The notes under the pieces: model-generated
Databases searched by the model: none
Told to the model about the DNA's origin: nothing
What the model saw: only the letters and a program-made list of their open reading frames with translations
Shown: positions 1-8,489 of the stretch, piece after piece
How positions within the stretch are numbered: position 1 is the stretch's first letter
How the letters are laid out: every line of letters starts with the position of its first letter
NCBI GenBank assembly: GCA_043814055.1
Contig: JBDRKL010000010.1
Span: 20,685-84,684 of the forward strand
Length of the DNA: 64,000 nt
Reading direction: 5' to 3'
Source: an archaeon
Lineage (GTDB): Archaea; Undinarchaeota; Undinarchaeia; Undinarchaeales; JBDRKL01
Position numbers and translations under genes: made by a program

Positions 1-56
1 AGTTAGAAGTTTTCCGCCCACTGTTGGGTTTAAATGAATCTGCAATCAAGAAAGCT

Positions 57-797
57 TTAGGAATACTCCACTAAGCTTGTCTTAAAAATTCTTTCTATAT
101 CCCGTACAATGCTCTTATTGTCAATGCTGTTCGCGAGCCTCTGGGTTTTCCTGTAAATTTCAGCAGCTTCTTCCAGCTTTCCGAGCCGCTCAAGGCACTT
201 CCCTTTCAGGTACATATTCTGCGCGAGAATGTTTTTTATTTCAACTCCATACTTCTCTCGTATTTCTTTTTGAGGATCTTCTTCCACCCTATTGCTAATA
301 TCTTCTGCGCTTGCGCTTATTGCCCTGTAAATTTTGTAGGCTTCAGTATACTTTTTATCTGTGTACGCTTTAGTAGCTCTTGCCTTCAAATGCTCCACGC
401 TCTGCTTCCAGTTCTCCATCAAATCCCTGTAAAGTTCATCAAAATCAGCGAATCCAAGGCCACCAAACTCTGTTTTCACAATATCCTTAATTGCAGCCGC
501 GCCCAACAAAAGTGGAAAGTATCTCTTTAGTGTGAATATGTTTTTTAGCTCGCCAGCGCGTTTTTGCTCTCTTTTAATATAATCCTTTACAGTATCAAGC
601 GTTTTCATGTATTCAATTGGTTCATTGTTCTTGCAAAAAATTATGGCTCTCACGTGCTCTTTTATAGCCTCAAAATAATCAGAATCATCCTCCCTGCGCT
701 TTGCCTCGTATAGTGCGTAACTCGGAGTTTTCTTGAGATTGTCAAGTGTCTCAAGCAATTTCTCAGTTGGTGTTTTTTTCTTTGGTCTCTGCGCCAT
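57..797 (-). CDS. hypothetical protein, alpha-helical/TPR-like
   Basis: 246-aa ORF from the track. It has a helical-repeat-like C-terminus (YLKGKCLERLGKLEEAAEIYRK). No catalytic motif was recognised. Confidence 0.5.
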   Translation of the reverse strand: MAQRPKKKTPTEKLLETLDNLKKTPSYALYEAKRREDDSDYFEAIKEHVRAIIFCKNNEPIEYMKTLDTVKDYIKREQKRAGELKNIFTLKRYFPLLLGAAAIKDIVKTEFGGLGFADFDELYRDLMENWKQSVEHLKARATKAYTDKKYTEAYKIYRAISASAEDISNRVEEDPQKEIREKYGVEIKNILAQNMYLKGKCLERLGKLEEAAEIYRKTQRLANSIDNKSIVRDIERIFKTSLVEYS

Positions 798-846
798 TAG
801 TCCTCGCGTTATCTTGAACTAAAACATATAAAACATTTCCCATTGC

Positions 847-1278
847 CTACTTCTTCTTTGCTACCAGATTCACGTTCTTCTCAATCTGGATGGTTGGAAG
901 CTGCATCGGGGCAGGAAGCTTCATTTCCTTTGAAAGTACCAGAGCCTGTATTACAGAATTTCTGAGCGCCACGTTGCTGACCTCACTAAAAGCACCCTCA
1001 TTAAACGTTACTTTTTTCTTTTCCTCTTTGATGTGCTTCTTCAGATCCTTATCGTGGAAAATTGCTCTGCCTTCTATGATAATGCTGCCTATCTCTGGCT
1101 CATATTTTGCTTTGTACTCAAAACTGGCTACAACCACGTCTCCAAGCCCTGGGAGCTTCTCTTTCTTGATTCCTGTAAGCCCAAAGTTGCTGGAAACCTT
1201 TACGCCTTCCTTTACCTTTATATCCTTCATGTTTCGCTCTGTTGCGAGCTTGTCGTATATTAAATCAATTACTGGCAT
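847..1278 (-). CDS. hypothetical protein
   Basis: 143-aa Lys-rich ORF co-directional with its neighbours. The overlapping + strand ORFs 890..1324 and 1033..1263 look like antisense shadows. Confidence 0.45.
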   Translation of the reverse strand: MPVIDLIYDKLATERNMKDIKVKEGVKVSSNFGLTGIKKEKLPGLGDVVVASFEYKAKYEPEIGSIIIEGRAIFHDKDLKKHIKEEKKKVTFNEGAFSEVSNVALRNSVIQALVLSKEMKLPAPMQLPTIQIEKNVNLVAKKK

Positions 1279-1320
1279 TTTAACACCTCGTGTGGTGCGC
1301 TTATTTGTATTGAGCAGTAT

Positions 1321-3081
1321 TTAAGCGTAGTGCTTATCGTAAAACGCTTTAATCTCCTCAACACTCGGCAGTTTGCAATTCTTCCAGACTTCTCGCACTG
1401 CCTTTAGCTTGTCATAACCTTCCTGCCCCTTGAACACTTCCTCAAGGAATTCCGTCCGTTCCTTTATGTCCCGCTTTGCAAATTCAAGAATTTCATCAGC
1501 TGTATAATAGTTCAACAGGTTGAACCGCTTTTTAAAATCCTTCATTCCGTGCACGTCCTCAAGCTCTTTTGGTTCAGGGATTAAATAGCCATAGACAGGA
1601 TGCTTAACCCAGTTCTTTATCTTGCGGTGCTCAATCAGGTCAATGAGTCTTTTTGAATCTTCAACCTTGATTTTCTCACCTTTTTTCTGCTGGTCTCCAT
1701 CTAATTTGGAATCTCCTACAAAGCCAGCGTTGTTTATAAAGAACATCAGCTTGTCCTCAAGACCCAAATCATTGTACATCTTAAGTTTGAGAAGCGCCTG
1801 TTCTGACTGTTCCCTGGACATAAAATCAGTTGCAGCATACGATCTTACCCGCGTCCCTGCCTTGCGCCCAGCCACTGCGCTCGTGATGATTGACTCGCAT
1901 GCGCTGTCCAGTGCAACTGCCATAATGGGGTTAGTGACTCTGAAAGCAGGCTCAAGCACATCAAAGCGCTTGAAGCTCAGAGTAATGGTTTTGAGCAGTT
2001 TCTTTTCTTTTCTCTTATTCCAGCCAGGGTTTACCTCATTGAATCCAAATATGAATCTGCCATTCGTGGTGCCGCTCTTTTCATATTGAGTACACTGCAA
2101 ATGTCCTGCTTCTCCTCGCGGAATTTTAACATCATCTTCAACAACATACTCAACTCCTTCACAATCAATATTCTGCGCAAGCACGATTGTTTTGCCGTCC
2201 TTTGATTTCATCAAGCCAACCCACTCTGGGCTCTTCTCGTCAAGCCCCTGTGACTTTGCATAGCTCGCAGCTTCCAGACCAATCAGCTCAACACCTACAA
2301 TCTTTTCACCCTCATAAATCGGCTTGCCCAGGCAAGCATCGTCCTGCTCCAGCTTAGGTCCTACAGTGAGCGTGGTCTTCCCGGTTCCGCTCAGGCCTTT
2401 CAAAATTCTGTCTTTCGTGCAGCCGGCGTGATATGAAATGAATCCTTCTGCCTCTCCGCGGTTCCAGACCATTGTGAGGTTTGGCTTCTTGAACGCTCCG
2501 CCAAAGTAGTCAACACCAAGCCCAAGCACTCTGCGCTTGTCTTGGTCTTCTTCAGTAAAATCGTAAAGCGTGAGCGGCTCATCTGCGTCATATTCAGACC
2601 AGACTGCCTTGATTTTTTTAACATACTCATCAGGCAAGCGCTCAGGAATTTGGTAGTTCCAGCAGTGAATATGCATATTGTTCTTCGGCGGAAATATCAT
2701 TTTCTTGCCCATCCACACGATGTACGCGGACTGCGGGCGCTCTATGCTCAAAATTACCCGAACTCCAGTTTCATAACTTGCCTCGCCCTGCATGCCCTCA
2801 AGAACTATGACTTTTACTTCTTTCAAATAGCGTAGCGCGATTTCAAAAATCTTTTTTCCAATTTCAACATCAAATTCTTTCTGCTTGTATCCAAGCTTAT
2901 GCCCTTCTGGAGCCATGTGAAACACCCGGTCCGGCCGTCGCCCCGGCTGTTTTGAGCCAAAGAGGTACTGCCCATCCGCTGTCTTGACATAATAATCCTT
3001 TAAAAAATCCCTGTAAAAATCATCATTAGGGTTGTGCGTGATGTTCTCATCCTTGAGCTCGTAACCCTTTTCTATCTCCAT
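1321..3081 (-). CDS. ATP-dependent phosphoenolpyruvate carboxykinase-like protein (divergent)
   Basis: Kinase-1a motif GLSGTGKTTL. YFGGAFKKPNLTMVW resembles the PEPCK-ATP GGEMKKG block, LEQDDACLGKP aligns with the IGDDEH block, and EAASYAKSQG aligns with GGCYAK. Confidence 0.7.
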   Translation of the reverse strand: MEIEKGYELKDENITHNPNDDFYRDFLKDYYVKTADGQYLFGSKQPGRRPDRVFHMAPEGHKLGYKQKEFDVEIGKKIFEIALRYLKEVKVIVLEGMQGEASYETGVRVILSIERPQSAYIVWMGKKMIFPPKNNMHIHCWNYQIPERLPDEYVKKIKAVWSEYDADEPLTLYDFTEEDQDKRRVLGLGVDYFGGAFKKPNLTMVWNRGEAEGFISYHAGCTKDRILKGLSGTGKTTLTVGPKLEQDDACLGKPIYEGEKIVGVELIGLEAASYAKSQGLDEKSPEWVGLMKSKDGKTIVLAQNIDCEGVEYVVEDDVKIPRGEAGHLQCTQYEKSGTTNGRFIFGFNEVNPGWNKRKEKKLLKTITLSFKRFDVLEPAFRVTNPIMAVALDSACESIITSAVAGRKAGTRVRSYAATDFMSREQSEQALLKLKMYNDLGLEDKLMFFINNAGFVGDSKLDGDQQKKGEKIKVEDSKRLIDLIEHRKIKNWVKHPVYGYLIPEPKELEDVHGMKDFKKRFNLLNYYTADEILEFAKRDIKERTEFLEEVFKGQEGYDKLKAVREVWKNCKLPSVEEIKAFYDKHYA

Positions 3082-3153
3082 GTTTCAACATATGCACAAG
3101 TGCCTTAAATATTTTCACAAATCTATTTAAGCAAGCTGAATTTATCTCAGCGC

Positions 3154-4329
3154 ATGAAAATACAAGAACGCGCGTCAAATATCAGTTATGCTATACGCGA
3201 TTTAGCTGTTCCTGCAAGGGAGATTGAGGCGCAAGGCCACAAAGTTTTGAAGCTCAACATAGGCGACCCTGATGTTTACGATTTTGACGCTCCTTCTTTT
3301 ATAGCAGACGCTGCTGTGCGCGCAATAAAGGGCAAGAAAAATTTTTACAGCCCGTCAGAGGGAATACCTGAAGTGCGGGACGCGATAGCAAAGCGCGAGT
3401 GCAAGTACAGAAAAGTCAATGTAACTGGCGATGACATACTTCCAACTGCAGGCGGCTCTGAAGCAATAAGCTTCCTACTTGGCTCTCTCACTGGCAACGG
3501 GGGCGAAGTCCTTATGCCTAATCCAGTGTATCCGCTCTACGCTTCCAAAACAAAGTATTACGGAGGCAAACCTGTTCTTTACAAATGCATTGAAGAAGAC
3601 GCGTGGCAGCCTGACCTTGATGATATTCGCAAAAAAATCAGTAGCAGGACAAATGCAGTAGTCCTAATAAATCCAAATAATCCAACTGGTGCGGTCTATT
3701 CAAGAAAAATTATTAAGGGCATTGTTGACATCTGCGCTGAGAATAATGTCCCATTAATCAGCGATGAGGTGTATGACCTTTTAACATTTGACAAGGAATT
3801 CGTGAGCGCAGGCTCAGTTGCAAAAGACGCGTGCGTAATGCTGCTCGGCAGCCTGTCCAAGGTTTACTTCGCACCGGGCTGGCGCGCCGGCTACATAACT
3901 TTTCTAGGCGCTGGCACTGAAGAGCTAAAGGATGTATGCAGGAGGATGAGCCGCCTCAGGCTGAGCATAAACACGCCGGCTGAATACGCAATGAAGGCAG
4001 CGATGCTCTCAGACCACAAGTTCCTTAAGGCTAAACTGAATAAACTGCGCAGGCGCAGGGACTACTCATACAAGCGAATTTGCGAAATCCCCGGGCTGTC
4101 TGTTTCAAAGCCTGAGGGTGCGATGTATACGTTCCCCAAGATTGAGAATAACCCCTACAAGACGGACAAGGAATGGGTGCTTGGGCTCCTTCGGCAGAAG
4201 CACGTGCTGGTTGTGCACGGCTCAGGCTTTGGCGGGGTTGATGACGGGCACTTCAGAACTGTGTTCCTGCCTAATATGGAAACTCTTGAGACGGCGTTTG
4301 AAAGGATTGAGGAGTTTGTGAAAGGGTAA
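3154..4329 (+). CDS. class I/II PLP-dependent aminotransferase (aspartate/alanine type)
   Basis: 391 aa. Carries NPNNPTG, the SLSKVYFAPGWRAGY PLP-lysine block, and a C-terminal HFRTVFLP block typical of AspC/AlaA-like enzymes. Confidence 0.85.
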   Translation: MKIQERASNISYAIRDLAVPAREIEAQGHKVLKLNIGDPDVYDFDAPSFIADAAVRAIKGKKNFYSPSEGIPEVRDAIAKRECKYRKVNVTGDDILPTAGGSEAISFLLGSLTGNGGEVLMPNPVYPLYASKTKYYGGKPVLYKCIEEDAWQPDLDDIRKKISSRTNAVVLINPNNPTGAVYSRKIIKGIVDICAENNVPLISDEVYDLLTFDKEFVSAGSVAKDACVMLLGSLSKVYFAPGWRAGYITFLGAGTEELKDVCRRMSRLRLSINTPAEYAMKAAMLSDHKFLKAKLNKLRRRRDYSYKRICEIPGLSVSKPEGAMYTFPKIENNPYKTDKEWVLGLLRQKHVLVVHGSGFGGVDDGHFRTVFLPNMETLETAFERIEEFVKG

Positions 4330-4361
4330 TCTCTATTAATGACCTCTCCCCTACTCACATT

Positions 4362-4820
4362 ATGAACTACAAGATAATCCTTAATTATTTGCGCGCTTTT
4401 GTCGCTTTTATTGAAAAAGAAAACCTCGAGGACAAGTTCACCTTTGAAGTAAGCATAAGCCTGAAAAAACCAAAATTGAACCGCTACAACCTGCCCTCTG
4501 GGTATAGCGTATACGACGATTCTAACAAACGCGGTAATATCGTTTATCTTCCTGCAGACGGCCGCACTCTCATACGCCTTGTCAAAAATTTGTTACACAT
4601 CGGTATGGCCCCTGTAATACTCCTAAAAGGAAAACAAGGCGTATTTTGCGAGGAGTGGGAAGTGTGCTTTTGGGACAGCAACACCGCGTGTGACGCCCTA
4701 AACTGCGGGCCTCCTGCTACCCCTTTACCAACTATGCCCAAAGGATGCACTCCAGACAAGTGGGGGTTATGCAAAAAGCTGAGCTCCAAACACCGGGAGT
4801 TGTGCGCTCTATACCACTAA
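4362..4820 (+). CDS. hypothetical protein with Cys-rich C-terminus
   Basis: 152-aa ORF. The C-terminal 60 aa contain 7 Cys. No family was recognised. Confidence 0.4.
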   Translation: MNYKIILNYLRAFVAFIEKENLEDKFTFEVSISLKKPKLNRYNLPSGYSVYDDSNKRGNIVYLPADGRTLIRLVKNLLHIGMAPVILLKGKQGVFCEEWEVCFWDSNTACDALNCGPPATPLPTMPKGCTPDKWGLCKKLSSKHRELCALYH

Positions 4821-4832
4821 TTGCAAAAAATA

Positions 4833-5702
4833 TTATTTCTCTTTCTCCCAATTCTTGTCAATCTGCGCCTGTATCTGCGCAATCTGCTCTTCTGAAAGGT
4901 GCTTGAACCTGCGCTTCTGCATAGCGAAATAATCAGCAATCGGCTTCTTCGGCTCCGGCGGCTTCACAGTTACCCTGCGCTCGCCGTTCTCCTGCTCCCA
5001 CATCTTCCACAGCCCGGTCTCAACAACCAGGCGCGAAATCTCAACAGTCTTGTTTGGAGCCAAGCCCCAGCCAGGCACGCACGGCGCGTAAACCAGTATG
5101 AATTTTGAGCCCTTGTGGGTCATAGCCTTCTTGATTTTTGCCTGGAAGTCAGGTAAATATCCGATTGAGGCAGTAGCTACGTAAGGAATCTCGTGCGCAG
5201 CCACTATATCCGCGATTGGCTTCTTAAACTCGGTCTTGCCTTTTATCTCACTGCCGACCGGCGAAGTGGTTGTCCACGCGCCGAACGGGGTTGAACCGGA
5301 GCGCTGGATTCCAGTGTTCATGTATGCCTCGTTGTCATAGCACAAATACAAAACATCCTCGTTGCGTTCAAGCATCCCTGAGAGCGCGCCGAACCCGATA
5401 TCATAAGTCGCACCGTCCCCTGCGATTACAGAAACTGTGGTGTGGTCGTTGCCCTGAGCGCGGAGCGAGTGCACGATTCCAGAAGCCACGGATGCAGTGT
5501 TCTCAAAGAGCGTGTGGATATAAGGGACATTGAAAGCGCTTCTTGGGTAGTTTGAGCTTATAATTTCTGAGCAGCCTGTTGCGTTAACTATGACTGTGTC
5601 TTTTCCTGTTGTCTTGATGAAGTGCTTTATCGCAATGGCCATACCGCAGCCTGCGCACGCGGTGTGCCCGGATTCAAAAAGCTTTTTCTCTTTAGCTGCC
5701 AT
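4833..5702 (-). CDS. porB: pyruvate:ferredoxin oxidoreductase, beta subunit (TPP-binding)
   Basis: 289 aa. N-terminal GHTACAGCGMAIA, GDGATYDIGFGAL TPP motif, operon context with porA/D/G. Confidence 0.9.
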   Translation of the reverse strand: MAAKEKKLFESGHTACAGCGMAIAIKHFIKTTGKDTVIVNATGCSEIISSNYPRSAFNVPYIHTLFENTASVASGIVHSLRAQGNDHTTVSVIAGDGATYDIGFGALSGMLERNEDVLYLCYDNEAYMNTGIQRSGSTPFGAWTTTSPVGSEIKGKTEFKKPIADIVAAHEIPYVATASIGYLPDFQAKIKKAMTHKGSKFILVYAPCVPGWGLAPNKTVEISRLVVETGLWKMWEQENGERRVTVKPPEPKKPIADYFAMQKRRFKHLSEEQIAQIQAQIDKNWEKEK

Positions 5703-5703
5703 T

Positions 5704-5832
5704 TCAATGCCTCACCGCTTTCATCAGCTTTGAACACAATGAATCTCCAGCAATATTATTTTTTACAGTCTCTGGAGTTTCATTGTGAATGAACGCGAAG
5801 CTGCTTGACAAATTTACTGCTTTGCGTCTCAT
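5704..5832 (-). repeat. intercistronic element, copy B (between porA and porB); contains a 42-codon mini-ORF
   Basis: The ATG (5832-5830) overlaps the porA TAA as TAATG. It stays open for 42 codons to TGA at 5706-5704, 1 nt before the porB ATG. It shares the sequence blocks ATGAGACGCAAAGCAG, AGCTTCGCGTTNATTC and CAAAGCTGATGAAA..TTGAAATG with 14242-14382. It has an internal 16-bp hairpin. Confidence 0.7.
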
Positions 5833-6953
5833 TATAGCCACCCCTGGTGCTCTTTTCCATCACTTATCTTTTTCATCAAGCTGTTAATATCTCTCTTGCG
5901 CACGTCCTTGCCGCCGAGTCCGCCAACAAAGCTTGACATCGCGACATCAGAATCTTTCATCGCGTTCGCAACATCGGAGTAAACCGGAGGCAGCGCTCCC
6001 ATGCTGTATGCTTTTTCAAACACCACAGCGCCTTTCTTGCCCTCGAGTGCCTTGGAGATTTCCTCGTATGGGAAAGGCCTGTATGAGCGTATCTTGAGTA
6101 TGCCGTACTTGCTGTCTGATTCCTCTACTGCGTCGCGCGCGGTTCCGATTGTTGAGCCCATGCTTATGAAAATATAATCCGAGTCGTCCATATTGTAGCC
6201 CTGGATAAGCCCGTCCCCGTAGCCGCGGTCGAACTGCTTCTCAAACTTCGCAGCCTCTTTCTTGATGTTCTCTTTTGCCTTGAGCAAATCCTTGTGAACA
6301 TCTTCTCTAAAGTTCTGGTAATCTGCAGGCATTGCGTAAGCGCCCATTGTCATTGGATTTTCAGTGTCAAGCTTGACATCCATCTTGAGCTTTGGCAGGT
6401 ATTTCCGAACGTCCTCAACTTCTGGAATCTCCACTGGCTCAACAACGTGCGTGAGTATGAATCCATCCATGCAGACCATTGCCGGGAGCATAACCTGCTC
6501 TGAAACTTTGAAAGCCTGAACCGTGTTGTCAATAGCCTCCTGCGAGCTCTCAGAGTAAAGCTGAATCCAGCCTGAGTCGCGCTCTGCAATTGAGTCCTGC
6601 CAGTCGTTCCAGATGTTCAACGGCGCGCTCAGCGCGCGATTTCCGACCACCATTGTAATCGGAAGTCTCATTCCAGCTGCACAGTAAACTGGCTCGTGCA
6701 TCAGCGCAAGCCCTTGTGAAGATGTTGCTGTGAAAGTCCTGCCGCCTGCGGCTGCAGCGCCTATGCAGGCGCTCATTGAGCTGAACTCCTGCTCAACCGC
6801 GATATAGCTCTTTATTCGGCCGTCTGCATGCAATTGAGCAAGATGCTCTGCAATGTGTGTGCTCGGCGTGATTGGATAGCACGCCACAACATCTGGCTCG
6901 CAATTTGCCACAACCTCTGCCACTGCCTCGGATGCCTCCATGGTAATTTTCAT
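5832..6953 (-). CDS. porA: pyruvate:ferredoxin oxidoreductase, alpha subunit
   Basis: 373 aa. N-terminal CYPITPST block typical of 2-oxoacid:ferredoxin oxidoreductase alpha subunits. Operon context. Confidence 0.9.
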   Translation of the reverse strand: MKITMEASEAVAEVVANCEPDVVACYPITPSTHIAEHLAQLHADGRIKSYIAVEQEFSSMSACIGAAAAGGRTFTATSSQGLALMHEPVYCAAGMRLPITMVVGNRALSAPLNIWNDWQDSIAERDSGWIQLYSESSQEAIDNTVQAFKVSEQVMLPAMVCMDGFILTHVVEPVEIPEVEDVRKYLPKLKMDVKLDTENPMTMGAYAMPADYQNFREDVHKDLLKAKENIKKEAAKFEKQFDRGYGDGLIQGYNMDDSDYIFISMGSTIGTARDAVEESDSKYGILKIRSYRPFPYEEISKALEGKKGAVVFEKAYSMGALPPVYSDVANAMKDSDVAMSSFVGGLGGKDVRKRDINSLMKKISDGKEHQGWL

Positions 6954-7390
6954 TTGTCCCTCTGATTCGGGTATACTTCTTCCCTCTTTTTTATATTTCT
7001 AACCAGCTTTCCGTTTTTATCTATCAAGTGAGGATCTTCGTCTGTTTTGCCATTAGAATTAATATCTGGTAATGAGATTAAGAGATAAGTAATACCGCCA
7101 GTTCTCTTATGTAGGTACCTCGCTTCCTCTTCTTTAACATCAAAGCTCATAAAAGCTGCAACAGAGTATTTTAATTTGCTTCTAGCTGATTGGGTTTCTT
7201 CCAATTTATCTAATCCGTCATCTTGCAAAATTTGTGGTGTGTAAGGTTGTGCCCTATATTTTTTTTCTGGTGTTGAACCCAGCAAGCGCTCCTCTTGTGG
7301 CGTAAGGTATTTCAAATTTGGCCTCACATTTGGTTTTATTTTTCCTAAAAGTTGAATATAGTCACTATCAACAAAATCAAGCCTACTCAT
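6950..7390 (-). CDS. orphan hypothetical protein inserted between porD and porA
   Basis: 146 aa counted from the internal ATG at 7390, which forms an ATGA overlap with the porD stop. Its TGA overlaps the porA ATG (ATGA). It has no Cys and no recognisable motif, and is visibly more AT-rich than the flanking por genes. The track ORF extension to 7441 overlaps porD and is rejected. Confidence 0.6.
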   Translation of the reverse strand: MSRLDFVDSDYIQLLGKIKPNVRPNLKYLTPQEERLLGSTPEKKYRAQPYTPQILQDDGLDKLEETQSARSKLKYSVAAFMSFDVKEEEARYLHKRTGGITYLLISLPDINSNGKTDEDPHLIDKNGKLVRNIKKREEVYPNQRDK

Positions 7391-7665
7391 TTCTCTTCCT
7401 CCTCCATTTTGATGCACTTCTTCGGGCATTCGTTCGCGCATATGCCGCAGCCCTTGCAGTAATCATAATTTATCTTTGGGAAAGTGCGCTCAGCTGGCTT
7501 TTTCTCCTGCTCAGAGCCACTGATGCAATCCTCAGGGCAGTACAAGTGGCAGATTCCGCACTTGATGCACTCTGGTTCGTTCACCACAGGCCTGTGGGTC
7601 CTCCAACTGCCAGTCTGGTTCTCTATGCTGGTTCCTGGTTTTGAGTTTGGTGCGTTTACGCTCAT
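7387..7665 (-). CDS. porD: pyruvate:ferredoxin oxidoreductase, delta subunit (2x[4Fe-4S] ferredoxin)
   Basis: 92 aa with two CxxCxxCxxxCP clusters (CIKCGICHLYCP, CKGCGICANECP). Confidence 0.9.
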   Translation of the reverse strand: MSVNAPNSKPGTSIENQTGSWRTHRPVVNEPECIKCGICHLYCPEDCISGSEQEKKPAERTFPKINYDYCKGCGICANECPKKCIKMEEEEK

Positions 7666-8195
7666 TTTATTGAATTATAACACGCCTCTATTGCTGCCAC
7701 GTTCTTCTTGCCGATTTCGCCTGGGAAGTGGTGCTCTATCGCGCGCTTCAGCGCGTCAAGCGGCACGAGTCCTGTAACTTTTGAAAATGCGCCGAGCAAA
7801 GCGGTGTTCACAATCGGCCTGCCAATGTGCTTCATTGCGATTGCGGTCGCGTCCACGTTGTGCACGTTCTTCGCCTTCAGGCAGAGTTCAGTGTTGTCTT
7901 TTGAGCTGTTGATTATAACAATTTCATCGCCTTTTAACCCATTGCACACGTCCACGTCCTTGATGAGCGTCGGATCCATAACAACAACTATGTCCGGCTC
8001 GTACACGTTCTCGTGCACGCGGATTGGCTTGTCGTCTATGCGGCAGAATGCCTGCACAGGGGCTCCGGTGCGCTCCACACCGAAGAATGGGAAAGCCTGA
8101 GACATTGCGCCGCCTTCTGCTGCTGCGATTGCGAGAAGCTCGGCTGCGGTAACAGCACCCTGGCCTCCTCTTCCATGAAAACGTATTTCCTTCAT
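7662..8195 (-). CDS. porG: pyruvate:ferredoxin oxidoreductase, gamma subunit
   Basis: 177 aa. N-terminal IRFHGRGGQGAVTAAELLA signature. Overlaps the porD start. Confidence 0.9.
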   Translation of the reverse strand: MKEIRFHGRGGQGAVTAAELLAIAAAEGGAMSQAFPFFGVERTGAPVQAFCRIDDKPIRVHENVYEPDIVVVMDPTLIKDVDVCNGLKGDEIVIINSSKDNTELCLKAKNVHNVDATAIAMKHIGRPIVNTALLGAFSKVTGLVPLDALKRAIEHHFPGEIGKKNVAAIEACYNSIK

Positions 8196-8234
8196 TGCAG
8201 TTGTTTAATCCTGTGTTCTATTTAAGTTTTGAGT

Positions 8235-8260
8235 TGGCGCCGGAGTCAGGATTCTCCGGC
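8235..8260 (-). other. tRNA-Ser-derived minihelix-like remnant (acceptor stem plus distal T-arm plus GCCA)
   Basis: The minus strand reads GCCGGAG-AATCCTGA-CTCCGGC-G-CCA. This is the 5' acceptor strand fused directly to the last 20 nt of tRNA-Ser. The 20-nt direct repeat 8234-8253 equals 8343-8362. Confidence 0.6.
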
Positions 8261-8343
8261 GAACTCCGGAGGAGAGTTAGGCGGCATTCAGCCTTCGGCT
8301 GAAGCCACCTTGCCGAGCTATTTGGTTTCCTTCTGTTAAGTTT

Positions 8344-8485
8344 TGGCGCCGGAGTCAGGATTTGAACCTGAAAGGGCCGAAGCCCATCCGCTTTCTAACT
8401 TTAAGAAGTTCGATTATAGTTTTTCACTATTGCTCACTTCTCAAAGTTTCGAGGCGGACGCGTTACCGGGTTCTGCCACTCCGGC
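8344..8485 (-). tRNA. tRNA-Ser(CGA), type II, with a ~55-nt intron at the canonical 37/38 site and encoded CCA
   Basis: Acceptor GCCGGAG/CTCCGGC, anticodon stem TCCGC/GCGGA with loop CUCGAAA, long variable arm GGGCTTCGGCCC, T-arm TCAGG-TTCAAAT-CCTGA, discriminator G plus CCA. The intron is about 8393-8447 and forms its own hairpin (ACTTTGAGAAG/CTTCTTAAAGT). Confidence 0.85.
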
Positions 8486-8489
8486 TATT

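Noticed and set aside
8196-8343. A second complete tRNA gene between porG and tRNA-Ser.
   Set aside because: Only the acceptor strands and the last part of the T-arm are present. There is no D-arm, anticodon arm or full T-arm even when introns are allowed, so it is called a remnant or minihelix.
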